A stretch of DNA of 64,000 bases, taken from the NCBI GenBank assembly GCA_965215565.1, contig CBDCDZ010000004.1:2336001-2400000 (forward strand). Direction: 5' to 3'. This stretch comes from Trueperaceae bacterium (GTDB lineage Bacteria; Deinococcota; Deinococci; Deinococcales; Trueperaceae). Numbering within the stretch: the first letter of the stretch is position 1; each line of letters opens with the position of its first letter. Below the pieces are notes generated by a model. The model saw only the letters and a program-made list of their open reading frames with translations, searched no databases and was not told where the DNA came from. Both the position numbers and the translations under genes were made by a program. Shown here piece by piece: positions 48,232 to 57,618 of the stretch.

Positions 48232-48786
48232 ACCACAAGTCGCAATGAAGAGGTCAGCCTTGGGTTCCGTGATCTCGTCCGCGTATTCCTGCGAAGGCGC
48301 GCCCGGCAGCGACACCCCGAGCAGAGTAGCGCACCATTCCTCACTTAGAAAAAGGGTAGTACCAAACTCCAAACGCTTTACCTCATCCTCTAAGGAGAGC
48401 TGCACCTCTTCCGCCCTGATGCGTTCAATTCGCCACTCCGCCACGAGGTCCGCGCCGCGCGGGGCGTTGTCCAAGAAGATGAGGTGCGTGTCAGCGTGAC
48501 GAAGCTCGAGCCGCTGCGTCAGACCGTCCGGCATCAAGTGGCTCGAGCCGCGCGCCCGCCACCTCTTCCCCGGTTCTACCTCACTTAGTTCCACCTCGTC
48601 AGGCCAGAACGAGAGGGAAACCGTGCGCTTTCCTCTTTCAGTGCGAAGCTCGAGCGTAACCTCTTCCTCCGAGTGTTCCTTCCAAGCCTCTCCCGCAAAT
48701 TCTCCTAAAGGAAGACCGGAGATGACCAGGCCCTCCCCGCGCTGTTCGCCTTGAAGGGCGAAGAAGAGTAGCGCGAGGAGTGCCAC
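48142..48786 (-). CDS. Hypothetical exported protein
   Basis: Starts 2 nt after the large lipoprotein stop; hydrophobic N-terminus; 3' end overlaps pta by 90 nt. Confidence 0.55.
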   Translation of the reverse strand: MALLALLFFALQGEQRGEGLVISGLPLGEFAGEAWKEHSEEEVTLELRTERGKRTVSLSFWPDEVELSEVEPGKRWRARGSSHLMPDGLTQRLELRHADTHLIFLDNAPRGADLVAEWRIERIRAEEVQLSLEDEVKRLEFGTTLFLSEEWCATLLGVSLPGAPSQEYADEITEPKADLFIATCGSNLDSSLLHFFHLRRLNRSEGNRIDDVFD

Positions 48787-48788
48787 GC

Positions 48789-51700
48789 TCAGGGGGTCAG
48801 GAGCGCGGGCTCGTCGGCGACGGGCTGCCTGTCGTCTTGGAGGGGCTCGAGTACCTCTTCGGTGTTCAGCACCGAAATCGCGTCCTCGCCGCCCTCCGCG
48901 TTGCCAAAGGGGAGCGCGAGGCTGCCCCAGTCATCATGGTCACGCAAGGTGCTCAAGTCGTCGTCGTCGTTGAGATCGAACTCGAGGTTGCTCTGCGCCG
49001 CGCCGTCGTTGTTGAAGTCGACGAACGCCGCACCCCGCCCGAGCCCACCATTTTCATTTAAGCTGCGTTCATTGAGAGGCGCGCCGCTGCCGTCCGAGTA
49101 GTCGATAACGAAATCGTCGCCGAAGGGCGAGTTGGCGAAGTCGCGGAGGTCGCCCTCGAAGTAGCGGCTGTAGAGGTAGCGCTCCCCGGCGGCGTCGCCC
49201 GTCGCGGGTCCGATGCCCGCCACGGTGTAGAGGTAGTTCATCACGCTCAGGTAGTTGGGCTTGTCGTTCGTGTCGTCGTCGCCACCATGCTCCAAGCCTA
49301 AGTTGTGCCCGAGTTCATGCATGAACGTACCAGCCTGAAAGTTCGCCATAACCGCTTCGCTGTAGCCTAAGTTACCCAGGGTCACGAAGAAGTCGTTGCC
49401 GCCCACCTCGCCCCTGCCCACGGAGCCGGGCGCGCCGTTCACCTGCTGCGACAGCGCGAACACCGCGTAGTGAAACACTTGGCGGCGCGTGATGTCCATG
49501 TATTCGGCTTTGATCTCAAAGAAGTTGGCGTGTCCTTCGCCCGTTTCGAAGAAAGCAATGCCTTGACTGAGGGGCACTACGGGTCTGCCGCCGCCTAAAT
49601 TATAGGCGTCCGGCGAGAACGACGCGCTGAAGAGTGTGCCCGCGTCGAGGTGAAGGCTGATGTCTTCCTTCGCAAAGGCGGCGACAACCTTATTCAGCGC
49701 GGCGCGTTGCGGCACTACGCCCGTGTCGGCGATGTTCATATAGTCCACCTCGACAAAGATGTCGGACTGCGCGGTGCGCGCGCCCATTGCGAAGAGGTCG
49801 AGCCCCGCGAAGGTGCCACCCGCGGCTTCGGCGCTGTCGGGGATGCCGTCGTCGTCGTCGTCACGCGCGCCATTAGGCACGTCGTTCGGACCGCCCGCCG
49901 TCGCGAAGGTGTTCAGGCTCCAGTCGTCCGCAGCGTCCGTGTCGGTATTGTCTTCGTCTCTCGCTAAAGATTCAGCGCCGCCTAACGCGGGCGCACCGCC
50001 GCCGCCCCACGCGCCCGCGCTCGCGGGCTCCTCAGCGCTGTTGCCAAAGCGCACGAAGTCGAGCGTCGCGCCGTCCTCTAGGAGTTCGGCGAAGCCGTCC
50101 TCACTCCAAGCGGGCACGGCGTCGCCCTCACGCACGTGCACGTGACGCGGGCCACCAAACATCTCATCGTCCACTTCGCTGATGATGAGCGCGTAGCCGC
50201 CCGCGGAGATATTGAGGGGCGGCAGCGAGAAGACTGCGTTGCCTCTCGCTCTGAAAGGCGAGGTGCGCCCGCTCGAGGGGCTGCGCAGCGCGTAGTCCTC
50301 CAAGTTGAGGGTGTCATCCGAAGCGTTGTAGACCTCTACCCAGTGGGCGCTGCCGGGACCTGAGTTGCTCACTTCGGTGATGACGAGCGTCGGCTCGGCG
50401 GCGCTCGGCGCGTCCGGCTGGACCACCTCGACGAACTTGCTCGCCGTCGCGCGCGCCCCGTCGTCGTCCTCTAAGGTGAGCGTGACGGTGTAGTCACCTG
50501 CTTCTTCGTAGACATGCTCGACTTGGACGCCTTCGCCCGCTTCGCCGTCGCCGAAGTCCCAGGTGTAGGCGGCGACGCGGCCGTCCGGGTCTGTTGAGGC
50601 GGAGGCATCGAAATTCACAACGAGGGGCACGTCGCCCTCACTGGGCGCGAAGCTGAAGAGAACGCTCGGCGCTTGATTGGGCGTTTCGGGCGGCGGGGGC
50701 GGCGCGGCGCTCACCTCGAAGGTTTTCTCTGCTTGGGCGCTCTTGCCGCCGTCGTCGGTCACGGTGAGCCCGACGGTGTAGGTGCCCGCTTCGGCGTAGG
50801 TGTGGCTCACGCTCTCGCCCTCGCCCACTTCGCCGTCGCCGAAGTCCCAGGTATAGGAAACGACGCGGCCGTCCGGGTCTTCCGAGGCTGAGGCGTCGAA
50901 CGCGCCTGCTAGTTCGTCAAAGGTTGCGCTAAAGGCAGCTTGGGGGGCGCTGTTCTCCGGCGGCGTCTGCGCCACCTCAACGGACTTCGTTACCTGTGCA
51001 CTCGCGCCCTCGTCATCGGTGACGGTGAGGGTCACGTCGAACGTGCCCGCGGCCGCGTAGGTGTGGCTCACGCTCTCGCCTTCACCTGTTTCACCGTCGC
51101 CGAAAGTCCAAGTGTAAGCCTCAACACTACCGTCCGCATCTTCCGAGGCGGAGGCGTCAAAGCTCACTGACAGCTCAGCCGCCGAAAAGGTGAAGTCGGC
51201 GCTCGGCGCTTCGTTGAGGTCGGGCGTGCCGGGCGGAGACGCGCTCACCACCTGAACGGACTTCTCCACTGTGCTGCTTTTACCCTCGTTATCCGTAACG
51301 GTGAGCGTGACGGCATACGTGCCCACCGCTGCGTAAACGTGACTCACGCTTTCGCCCTCGCCCGTTGCGCCGTCGCCGAAGGTCCAAGTGTAGGCGGCGA
51401 CGCTACCGTCCGCGTCCGCCGAGGCGGAGGCGTCGAACGTCACACTCAACGGGTTAGCCTCAGCCGCCGAAAAGGTGAAGTCGGCGCTCGGCGCTTCGTT
51501 GAGGTCAGGCGTGCCGGGCGTGTCCGGCGCGTCGCTCACGATGATAGTGGCAGTGGCGCTCTTGCTGGAGTCGGCGACGCTCGTCGCCGTAAGAGTGTAT
51601 TCGCCGGACGCAGTCGGTGCGGTGTACGTCGCCGCTGTCCCGTCCGCCGTGAAGCTCGAGTCCCCGCTGCTCGCCGCCCACGTCACCTCGGCGTTATCCG

Positions 51701-52403
51701 TCCCCATGACCTCTGCGCTAAAGGTGCGGCTCGCTCCCGGCTCGAGCGTCTCGCTCGCCGGAGTGATGCTCACGCCGATTTCGCTCACCGTAATGGTGGC
51801 CGTGGCGCTCTTGCTGGAGTCGGCAACGCTCGTCGCGGTGAGCGAATACGTACCTGGTGCATCCGGCGCGGTGTACGTCGCCCTTGCGCCGTCGGCCTCT
51901 ACCGCGCCGCCCTCCACTTGCCAGGTGACGCTCTGGTCGTCCGCTTCGGTCACGGACGCCGTGAAAACTTGCGTCTGCCTCGGCGCGAGCGCCACCACAC
52001 CTGGGCTCAGTGTGACGTTGACCTCGCCCGGCGGCAACACGATGGGCTCCGACACGCTGACCTCTACCGTCTGCTCGGCGCTACCTAGCTCATTGGTTGC
52101 ACGGAGCGTGTAGAGCGTGCTTTCGCTCGGCGAGACGACGACGTTGTCGCTTCCCGTTACGTCGCCCAGTCCCGACGTAGCCGGTTCTGATGCGAGCGTG
52201 ACCTGGGGCGGCGGCTCGCCGGTGACACGCCAACTCAGCTTCGTGGAGCCTCCCTGATCGAGCGTCTCCGGCTCAGCGCTAAACGCGCCGATCTCCGGCG
52301 CTTGGTCTGGGATAAAGGGGGCGGAGGTCTCCTCGTCGTCCGAACAAGCGACGAGAGAGATGAGCAGGAGGAAAACTAGGTAGAACCAGCGAATATGCAA
52401 CAC
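48789..52403 (-). CDS. Large surface lipoprotein: Ig-like repeats, four PKD domains, lamin-tail-like domain, metzincin-type protease domain
   Basis: Lipobox LVAC; 4x FDASAS.D.DG....YTW.FGDG; LVITEV..HWVEVYN; HELGHNLGLEH followed by SVMNY Met-turn. Confidence 0.9.
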   Translation of the reverse strand: MLHIRWFYLVFLLLISLVACSDDEETSAPFIPDQAPEIGAFSAEPETLDQGGSTKLSWRVTGEPPPQVTLASEPATSGLGDVTGSDNVVVSPSESTLYTLRATNELGSAEQTVEVSVSEPIVLPPGEVNVTLSPGVVALAPRQTQVFTASVTEADDQSVTWQVEGGAVEADGARATYTAPDAPGTYSLTATSVADSSKSATATITVSEIGVSITPASETLEPGASRTFSAEVMGTDNAEVTWAASSGDSSFTADGTAATYTAPTASGEYTLTATSVADSSKSATATIIVSDAPDTPGTPDLNEAPSADFTFSAAEANPLSVTFDASASADADGSVAAYTWTFGDGATGEGESVSHVYAAVGTYAVTLTVTDNEGKSSTVEKSVQVVSASPPGTPDLNEAPSADFTFSAAELSVSFDASASEDADGSVEAYTWTFGDGETGEGESVSHTYAAAGTFDVTLTVTDDEGASAQVTKSVEVAQTPPENSAPQAAFSATFDELAGAFDASASEDPDGRVVSYTWDFGDGEVGEGESVSHTYAEAGTYTVGLTVTDDGGKSAQAEKTFEVSAAPPPPPETPNQAPSVLFSFAPSEGDVPLVVNFDASASTDPDGRVAAYTWDFGDGEAGEGVQVEHVYEEAGDYTVTLTLEDDDGARATASKFVEVVQPDAPSAAEPTLVITEVSNSGPGSAHWVEVYNASDDTLNLEDYALRSPSSGRTSPFRARGNAVFSLPPLNISAGGYALIISEVDDEMFGGPRHVHVREGDAVPAWSEDGFAELLEDGATLDFVRFGNSAEEPASAGAWGGGGAPALGGAESLARDEDNTDTDAADDWSLNTFATAGGPNDVPNGARDDDDDGIPDSAEAAGGTFAGLDLFAMGARTAQSDIFVEVDYMNIADTGVVPQRAALNKVVAAFAKEDISLHLDAGTLFSASFSPDAYNLGGGRPVVPLSQGIAFFETGEGHANFFEIKAEYMDITRRQVFHYAVFALSQQVNGAPGSVGRGEVGGNDFFVTLGNLGYSEAVMANFQAGTFMHELGHNLGLEHGGDDDTNDKPNYLSVMNYLYTVAGIGPATGDAAGERYLYSRYFEGDLRDFANSPFGDDFVIDYSDGSGAPLNERSLNENGGLGRGAAFVDFNNDGAAQSNLEFDLNDDDDLSTLRDHDDWGSLALPFGNAEGGEDAISVLNTEEVLEPLQDDRQPVADEPALLTP

Positions 52404-52647
52404 GAAAAATATCTCCTCAACCTAAAATTATGACGGCGACGTCCCTGTAGCACATCTCATAGAACACGCAGCGTACGCCGTAAACACCGCCATTGACGCT
52501 TACTTAAAGACCTTATAGTGCCGAATCGCTCACGGTGAGTGAAAAATGCCATAAAGCTTCAGGAAAGCTTAACAGAGCTTCGGTGAGGAATGCTACCAAA
52601 TTGTATGCCTGGCTCGCGACAGACTCTGCTCCAGAGGCTGCTACTTA

Positions 52648-52839
52648 TACAGAATTGTACGTTTTACTTATTACTTATCCTTACTAAGGGCGTTGCTTCG
52701 CCCAGCGGGAGCAGAGCGACTTTACTTCGTGCATAGAGCTTTTCAGCGGCTCAGCTTTAGCTAGCGGGTTCGGGCCGAGTTTACGTCCCATCCGTGACGG
52801 GCACGAGATAGTTTGCAAACTATCTCGTGCAACCGTGTA
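52648..52839. repeat. Degenerate TA-flanked repeat (family 3) containing a micro-module and a 30-bp perfect palindrome
   Basis: Imperfect TIR TACAGAATTGTACG / CGTGCAACCGTGTA (10/14); single copy in this window. Confidence 0.4.
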
Positions 52840-52868
52840 TTAGAAGTTTCTTCTGTTAGCATGAGCGT

Positions 52869-54038
52869 ATGCCTCGCCCCCTCATCCTCTTCGCAACGAT
52901 TGCCGCTGGCGGGTCGCACGTTTCTTCAGCAGAGGCGATGGCGCAAGCGGTTGAAGCGAGTTACCCCGGAATGTACCGCTTGGAGCTGTCCGACCTCATG
53001 AAAGACCTGGGCTTCAGTCGCTTCGACGCGCTGCATAAGCGCTCCTGGCGACGCGCGTTGGAGAATCCTTGGACCGTCACCTGGGGACAGCGCCTGATCG
53101 ACTCTATGCCGAGTCTCACCGTCAGGGCGCACCGCACGCTGCTGCGCCGCTTCGCCGAGGCCGCTGCGGCGCGCCTACGCGAGCGCCGCCCCAAACTTAT
53201 CGTCGCCAATCACGGCTGGCTCACTACAGCGCTGACGCTGGCTCAGCGCCGCTTCGCTCTGGACGTTCCCGTGCTCACCTTTCAAACTTCAACGCTCGAC
53301 GCCAGCGCGCTCTGGGCCGACCCGCAAGCCGAACGCTTCATGCTCGGCTCGCCCGTTGCCAAAGAGATGTTAGTGCGGCTCGGCGTGAACCGCGACAAAA
53401 TAGACGTGGTCGGCTACCCCGTCAAGCAGTCGTTCATTCACGCGCCCGATAAAGGGCGCGCCAGAGAGACGTTGGGGCTCAAAAACCTCTTCACCTGCCT
53501 CATCTTGCTGGGCGGCGAAGGGGTAGGCGGGCAGCCTACGGCGCTCATACGCGCTCTGCGCAGCTTGGACTTCCCTGTTCAGATCGTCGTCATCGCGGGG
53601 CGCAACGCCGCCCTGAAACGCACGTTGGACAGCTTGAGCGCCAGTGACCCTCTACTATGCCCACAAGGATTCGTGAGCAACGTGGCGGACTTTGTAGCGG
53701 CTAGCGACGTCGTCATCGGTAAAACCGGACCGGCAACAGTATTTGAAAGCTTGGCGGTGGGGCGTCCGGTCTTAGCGCCGCGTCTCTCGGGCGGCAACGA
53801 GAACCGGATGCTCCGCTTTTTAGAAACGCACGAACTCGGGTGCTATGTGCCGACCGCGGACACCTTAGAAGAGACGCTCAGCCGCTACTACCATGAACCC
53901 GAACAGCTCACCCGAGTCGAGTTGCGAGCGCAAGCCTTCGACTTTCCCGGCATGACCGAGCGCGTCGCCCGCTACATCGTCCACTACGCCGAGACGCGCC
54001 GCCCCGACCCGGCACTTCTAGGTCAGGGGATAAGCTGA
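52869..54038 (+). CDS. MGDG synthase family glycosyltransferase (GT28)
   Basis: GGSHVSSAEA, VGYPV, GGEGVG, IAGRN, GKTGPATVFESL. Confidence 0.88.
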   Translation: MPRPLILFATIAAGGSHVSSAEAMAQAVEASYPGMYRLELSDLMKDLGFSRFDALHKRSWRRALENPWTVTWGQRLIDSMPSLTVRAHRTLLRRFAEAAAARLRERRPKLIVANHGWLTTALTLAQRRFALDVPVLTFQTSTLDASALWADPQAERFMLGSPVAKEMLVRLGVNRDKIDVVGYPVKQSFIHAPDKGRARETLGLKNLFTCLILLGGEGVGGQPTALIRALRSLDFPVQIVVIAGRNAALKRTLDSLSASDPLLCPQGFVSNVADFVAASDVVIGKTGPATVFESLAVGRPVLAPRLSGGNENRMLRFLETHELGCYVPTADTLEETLSRYYHEPEQLTRVELRAQAFDFPGMTERVARYIVHYAETRRPDPALLGQGIS

Positions 54039-55031
54039 GTGCGTAGATTCTGGCAAACGCTCCTCATCTCCCTCTTTCTAGGCCTCGGCAGCCTCTATCT
54101 CATCCTCCCTGAGACCTTTCAGTGGGAGACGCTGCGCACGTTAGGAACGTTGGGGATACCCCAACTCGCGCTCCTAGTCAGCGTGCTCGCCCTGCGTTGG
54201 CTCGTCGGCGGTTGGCGCACCGCGCTGCTCGTGCGGCTGAGCGGCGCGTCCCTCTCGCTCTGGCAAGGCGTAAGAGCGCACGTCGTCGGGATTTTCGCTT
54301 CGGTCATTACGCCAGCGGGAGGCGGCAACGCGCTCGGCGTCACCTGGCTCCTGACCCGTTACAACGTGCCCTTACAAAACGCAGTGATGACGAGCGTGCT
54401 CGTGACGGTGCTCGACATGGCGTTTTTCGCCTGGGGCGTGCCCGTCGCCTTTCTCTACCTCCTGCACGTCGGGACGTCCTTACCCTTGGCGGGGCTCGGC
54501 TGGTTGGTGGCGCTCTTCTCGACGGTTGTCTTTTCGCTGAGCTTTCTCGTGACGTTTCGCCTGCGCCTCTTTATCAAAGGGGTTCGCGCCCTGTTTCGGC
54601 TCCCTGGGCTGCGCCGCTACGCGGAGAGGATCAGCACTTTTCTCACGAATTTGGAGTCTGCGAGCCGCACGTTCGCCAGGGCACCTTGGTACGTTCACCT
54701 CGCTATGCACGCCTGCTCCGCGCTTTTTTGGGTCGTCAGCTTCGCCTTTCTCAACGCGGTCGCGCTCGCCTTGCAGCTCGGCGTGCCGCAGCTCGAGCTG
54801 CTCGCCATCCGCACCCTCATTCACGCCTTCGCCTTCGCCGTGCCGACGCCGGGCGCGAGCGGCTACATGGAGGGCGCGCTCTCGCTCGCCTTGGCCGGAC
54901 GCGCCACCCCGCAACTCGTCTCGACAACCGTGCTCGTGTGGCGCTCGCTCACCTATTACCTCTACTTCGTGCTGGGCCCGCTCATCAGCGGGCGGGCGCT
55001 GACGAAGCGTAGGGCGGTGGGGCTCGAGTAA
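54039..55031 (+). CDS. Lysylphosphatidylglycerol synthase TM domain / UPF0104 flippase-like protein
   Basis: FASVITPAGGG, PTPGASGYME, VWRSLTYY; abuts the GT28 gene. Confidence 0.85.
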   Translation: MRRFWQTLLISLFLGLGSLYLILPETFQWETLRTLGTLGIPQLALLVSVLALRWLVGGWRTALLVRLSGASLSLWQGVRAHVVGIFASVITPAGGGNALGVTWLLTRYNVPLQNAVMTSVLVTVLDMAFFAWGVPVAFLYLLHVGTSLPLAGLGWLVALFSTVVFSLSFLVTFRLRLFIKGVRALFRLPGLRRYAERISTFLTNLESASRTFARAPWYVHLAMHACSALFWVVSFAFLNAVALALQLGVPQLELLAIRTLIHAFAFAVPTPGASGYMEGALSLALAGRATPQLVSTTVLVWRSLTYYLYFVLGPLISGRALTKRRAVGLE

Positions 55032-55043
55032 ACGCGCGCTTGG

Positions 55044-56555
55044 CTATTCCTTGCCCAGCCGCTGCGGTCTCACCCAGCTACGTCCGTCCCTCGCGATGAG
55101 TTCGGTAGCGCTGTCCGGTCCCCACGTGCCCGCGTCGTATGTGGAGATACCGGGGCTCCGCTGCCAATATTCCAGCACAGGCATCACGATTTCCCACGCC
55201 TTCTCCACCTGGTCGCTGCGCATAAAGAGCGTCGCGTCGCCGCGCATGGCGTCTAGGAGCAGGGCTTCGTACGCTTCGGGTGAGGCAGTCTGAAAGGCGT
55301 TTTTGTAACTAAACGTCATGTCCACGCCGCCGAGCTGCATCTCTAGGCCCGGCACCTTCGCCTGCATCCGAATGGCGATTCCCTCGTTCGGCTGCAAAAA
55401 CATCAAGAGGTCGTTGGGTTGCCAGTGCGAGGAGAGCGTCTCGGGAAAGGCTTGGTGCGGCACCGGCTTAAAGCGGATGACCACCTCCGAGACGCGCTCG
55501 CTGAGCCGCTTGCCGCTACGCAGATAGAAGGGCACGCCGCGCCAGCGCCAGTTGTCGATGTAGAGTTTTAGCGCGGCGAAGGTTTCCGTCGTGGAGCCTT
55601 CCGCCACGTCGGGCTCGTCACGGTACGCCGGGGCGTGGTCGCCGTGGATCCAGCCGTCGCCGTATTGACCTCGCGCCGCCATGTCGGGTACGTCCCCCAG
55701 TTCGAGCGGCCTTACCGCCCGCAGCACGTCCACCTTGCGGCTGCGAATCTCGTCCGCGCCGAACGAGACGGGCGGCTCCATCGCGACGAGGCAGAAGACC
55801 TGCATGAGGTGGTTCTGCACCATGTCGCGCAGCGCACCCGCGTGGTCGTAGTAACCGCCCCGGTGCCCCACGCCGACGCTCTCGGTCACGGTAATCTGCA
55901 CGTGGTCGATGTAGTTGCGGTTCCAGATGGGCTCGTAGAGGGCGTTCGCAAAGCGAAAGGCGAGAATGTTCTGCACCGTCTCCTTGCCCAGATAGTGGTC
56001 GATGCGGTAAATCTGCTCCTCGGGACAGATGTTGAGGAGCTTGCGGTTCAGCTCTCGAGCGGACTCCAAGTCATGCCCGAACGGTTTCTCCACGACGATG
56101 CGGCTGCGCACGTGGTCGTTTAAGAGCCCTGCCGCGTTGAGGTTTTCCGCGATGGTCTCCACAAAGGTCGGCGCGGTGGCCAAGTAGAAGATGTGATCGG
56201 CCTCGAGCCCCCACGCTTGGTCACACGCCTCCAACCTCTTGTCAAGCGCCTGATAGGTCTCCGCTTGGCTGAAGTCACCCTGCAAATAGCTCAGCTTCTC
56301 CGCGAACGCCTCCCAAGTCTCCTCTATCTTCTTCTGATAGCGAGCGTGCTTGTTCACGCCGTCCTTCGCGTGCGCCTTGAAACCTGCGTCGTCAAACTCC
56401 CGAATATCTACGCCGATGATGTTCACCTCGTCGGGCAAGTAGCCCGCCGCGTAGAGGTCGAATAGAGCTGGAACGAGCTTGCGCCAGGTGAGGTCGCCGC
56501 CTGCGCCGAAGATGGTGATGATATTGGGTGGTGGTTGGATGCTCTGGTGTGCCAC
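55044..56555 (-). CDS. zwf: Glucose-6-phosphate 1-dehydrogenase
   Basis: IFGAGGDL..RKL, EKPFG, RIDHYLGKETVQN, RDMVQNHL. Confidence 0.97.
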   Translation of the reverse strand: MAHQSIQPPPNIITIFGAGGDLTWRKLVPALFDLYAAGYLPDEVNIIGVDIREFDDAGFKAHAKDGVNKHARYQKKIEETWEAFAEKLSYLQGDFSQAETYQALDKRLEACDQAWGLEADHIFYLATAPTFVETIAENLNAAGLLNDHVRSRIVVEKPFGHDLESARELNRKLLNICPEEQIYRIDHYLGKETVQNILAFRFANALYEPIWNRNYIDHVQITVTESVGVGHRGGYYDHAGALRDMVQNHLMQVFCLVAMEPPVSFGADEIRSRKVDVLRAVRPLELGDVPDMAARGQYGDGWIHGDHAPAYRDEPDVAEGSTTETFAALKLYIDNWRWRGVPFYLRSGKRLSERVSEVVIRFKPVPHQAFPETLSSHWQPNDLLMFLQPNEGIAIRMQAKVPGLEMQLGGVDMTFSYKNAFQTASPEAYEALLLDAMRGDATLFMRSDQVEKAWEIVMPVLEYWQRSPGISTYDAGTWGPDSATELIARDGRSWVRPQRLGKE

Positions 56556-56643
56556 GTTTCCCCCTATAAAAGCTCAGTTGTAAGTATCAGAAGTTTGGTC
56601 TTTATTGGATGAGGCAGGAACCTTGATCGAGTTCGGTTGAATA

Positions 56644-56753
56644 GAGCAATTAACATAAGTACTGATTGGAATAGCGCAAGTATCATTCTCAAATGTGCGT
56701 GCTACACGGTGTTCTACATCGTGAGAGCGTCTCAAACCAAATGATACTTGCTA
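56644..56753 (+). mobile_element. MITE-like element, family 1 (110 bp)
   Basis: Near-identical to 131-263 minus its insert; TA flanks. Confidence 0.88.
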
Positions 56754-56780
56754 TAGAGGATAACACCTGTAAAATCGAGG

Positions 56781-57587
56781 ATGACGAAGAACCATGACCC
56801 TTATGATGCCGCTAAGGACGTCGCGGCGCAATTCGCCAAGCTTGGTGAAGTCGAAGTCGTGTGGCTCGGCGGCTCACAAGCGACGGGTCGAGCCAATGCT
56901 CACTCCGACATCGACCTCTACATCTATTCTCAGGATGCGTTGTCTGTAGAGGCTCGAGCCTCCATTACCAAACCCAGGGCGAGAGAAGCACAACTCGACA
57001 ATCCTTTTTGGGAGGTCGAGGACTTTTGGCTCGAGCGAGAGAGCGGCACTAAAGTCGAAGCGATGTACCGCAAGCTCGACTGGGAAATCGACTATCTCGA
57101 GGACTTATTCCGCAACAACCGCGCCCAGATGGGTTTCAGCACGAGCCGCTGGCACGCGATTCGTACGGCTAAAATTTTATTTGACCGCGAAGGACGGGCG
57201 GCGTCACTTCAAAGGTCAGCGGACGTCCCCTATCCCGACGCACTTGCCCACGCCATCATCAAAACGAACTTCGCCCTGCTCCGGGGGAGTTTGGCGGCGC
57301 ACCCCAAACAGATAGCAGCGGCTACCGCGCGTGATGACCTCGTCTTCGTCCACAGCCGCATCGACGCCCTGCTCGACAGCTATTTCGACGTCGTCTTCGC
57401 GCTCAACCGAGCCCTGCACTCCGGCGCGAAGCGGCAACTCACCTATGCTGAAGAACTAAGGCTGAAACCAGAGAGGATGAGAGAAGACGTCACCGCGCTG
57501 CTCACCTACCGTGACCCTCAACAGGTCGTTGGCAACGTCGAGGTGCTGATTGATCGCCTCGAGGCGCTGTTAGTGGCGCATTCCTAA
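56781..57587 (+). CDS. Nucleotidyltransferase domain protein (DUF4037-like)
   Basis: LGGSQATG.A..HSDIDLYIY Pol-beta motif; SYFDVVFALN. Confidence 0.85.
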   Translation: MTKNHDPYDAAKDVAAQFAKLGEVEVVWLGGSQATGRANAHSDIDLYIYSQDALSVEARASITKPRAREAQLDNPFWEVEDFWLERESGTKVEAMYRKLDWEIDYLEDLFRNNRAQMGFSTSRWHAIRTAKILFDREGRAASLQRSADVPYPDALAHAIIKTNFALLRGSLAAHPKQIAAATARDDLVFVHSRIDALLDSYFDVVFALNRALHSGAKRQLTYAEELRLKPERMREDVTALLTYRDPQQVVGNVEVLIDRLEALLVAHS

Positions 57588-57618
57588 GTACGTTTTGACT
57601 CTGTTGCAATTCTCGAGC

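Noticed and set aside
51339..52113. Two long plus-strand ORFs
   Set aside because: Antisense to the PKD lipoprotein
54122..55012. 296-aa Arg/Ala-rich alternative-frame ORF
   Set aside because: Off-frame of the flippase-like gene, with low-complexity composition
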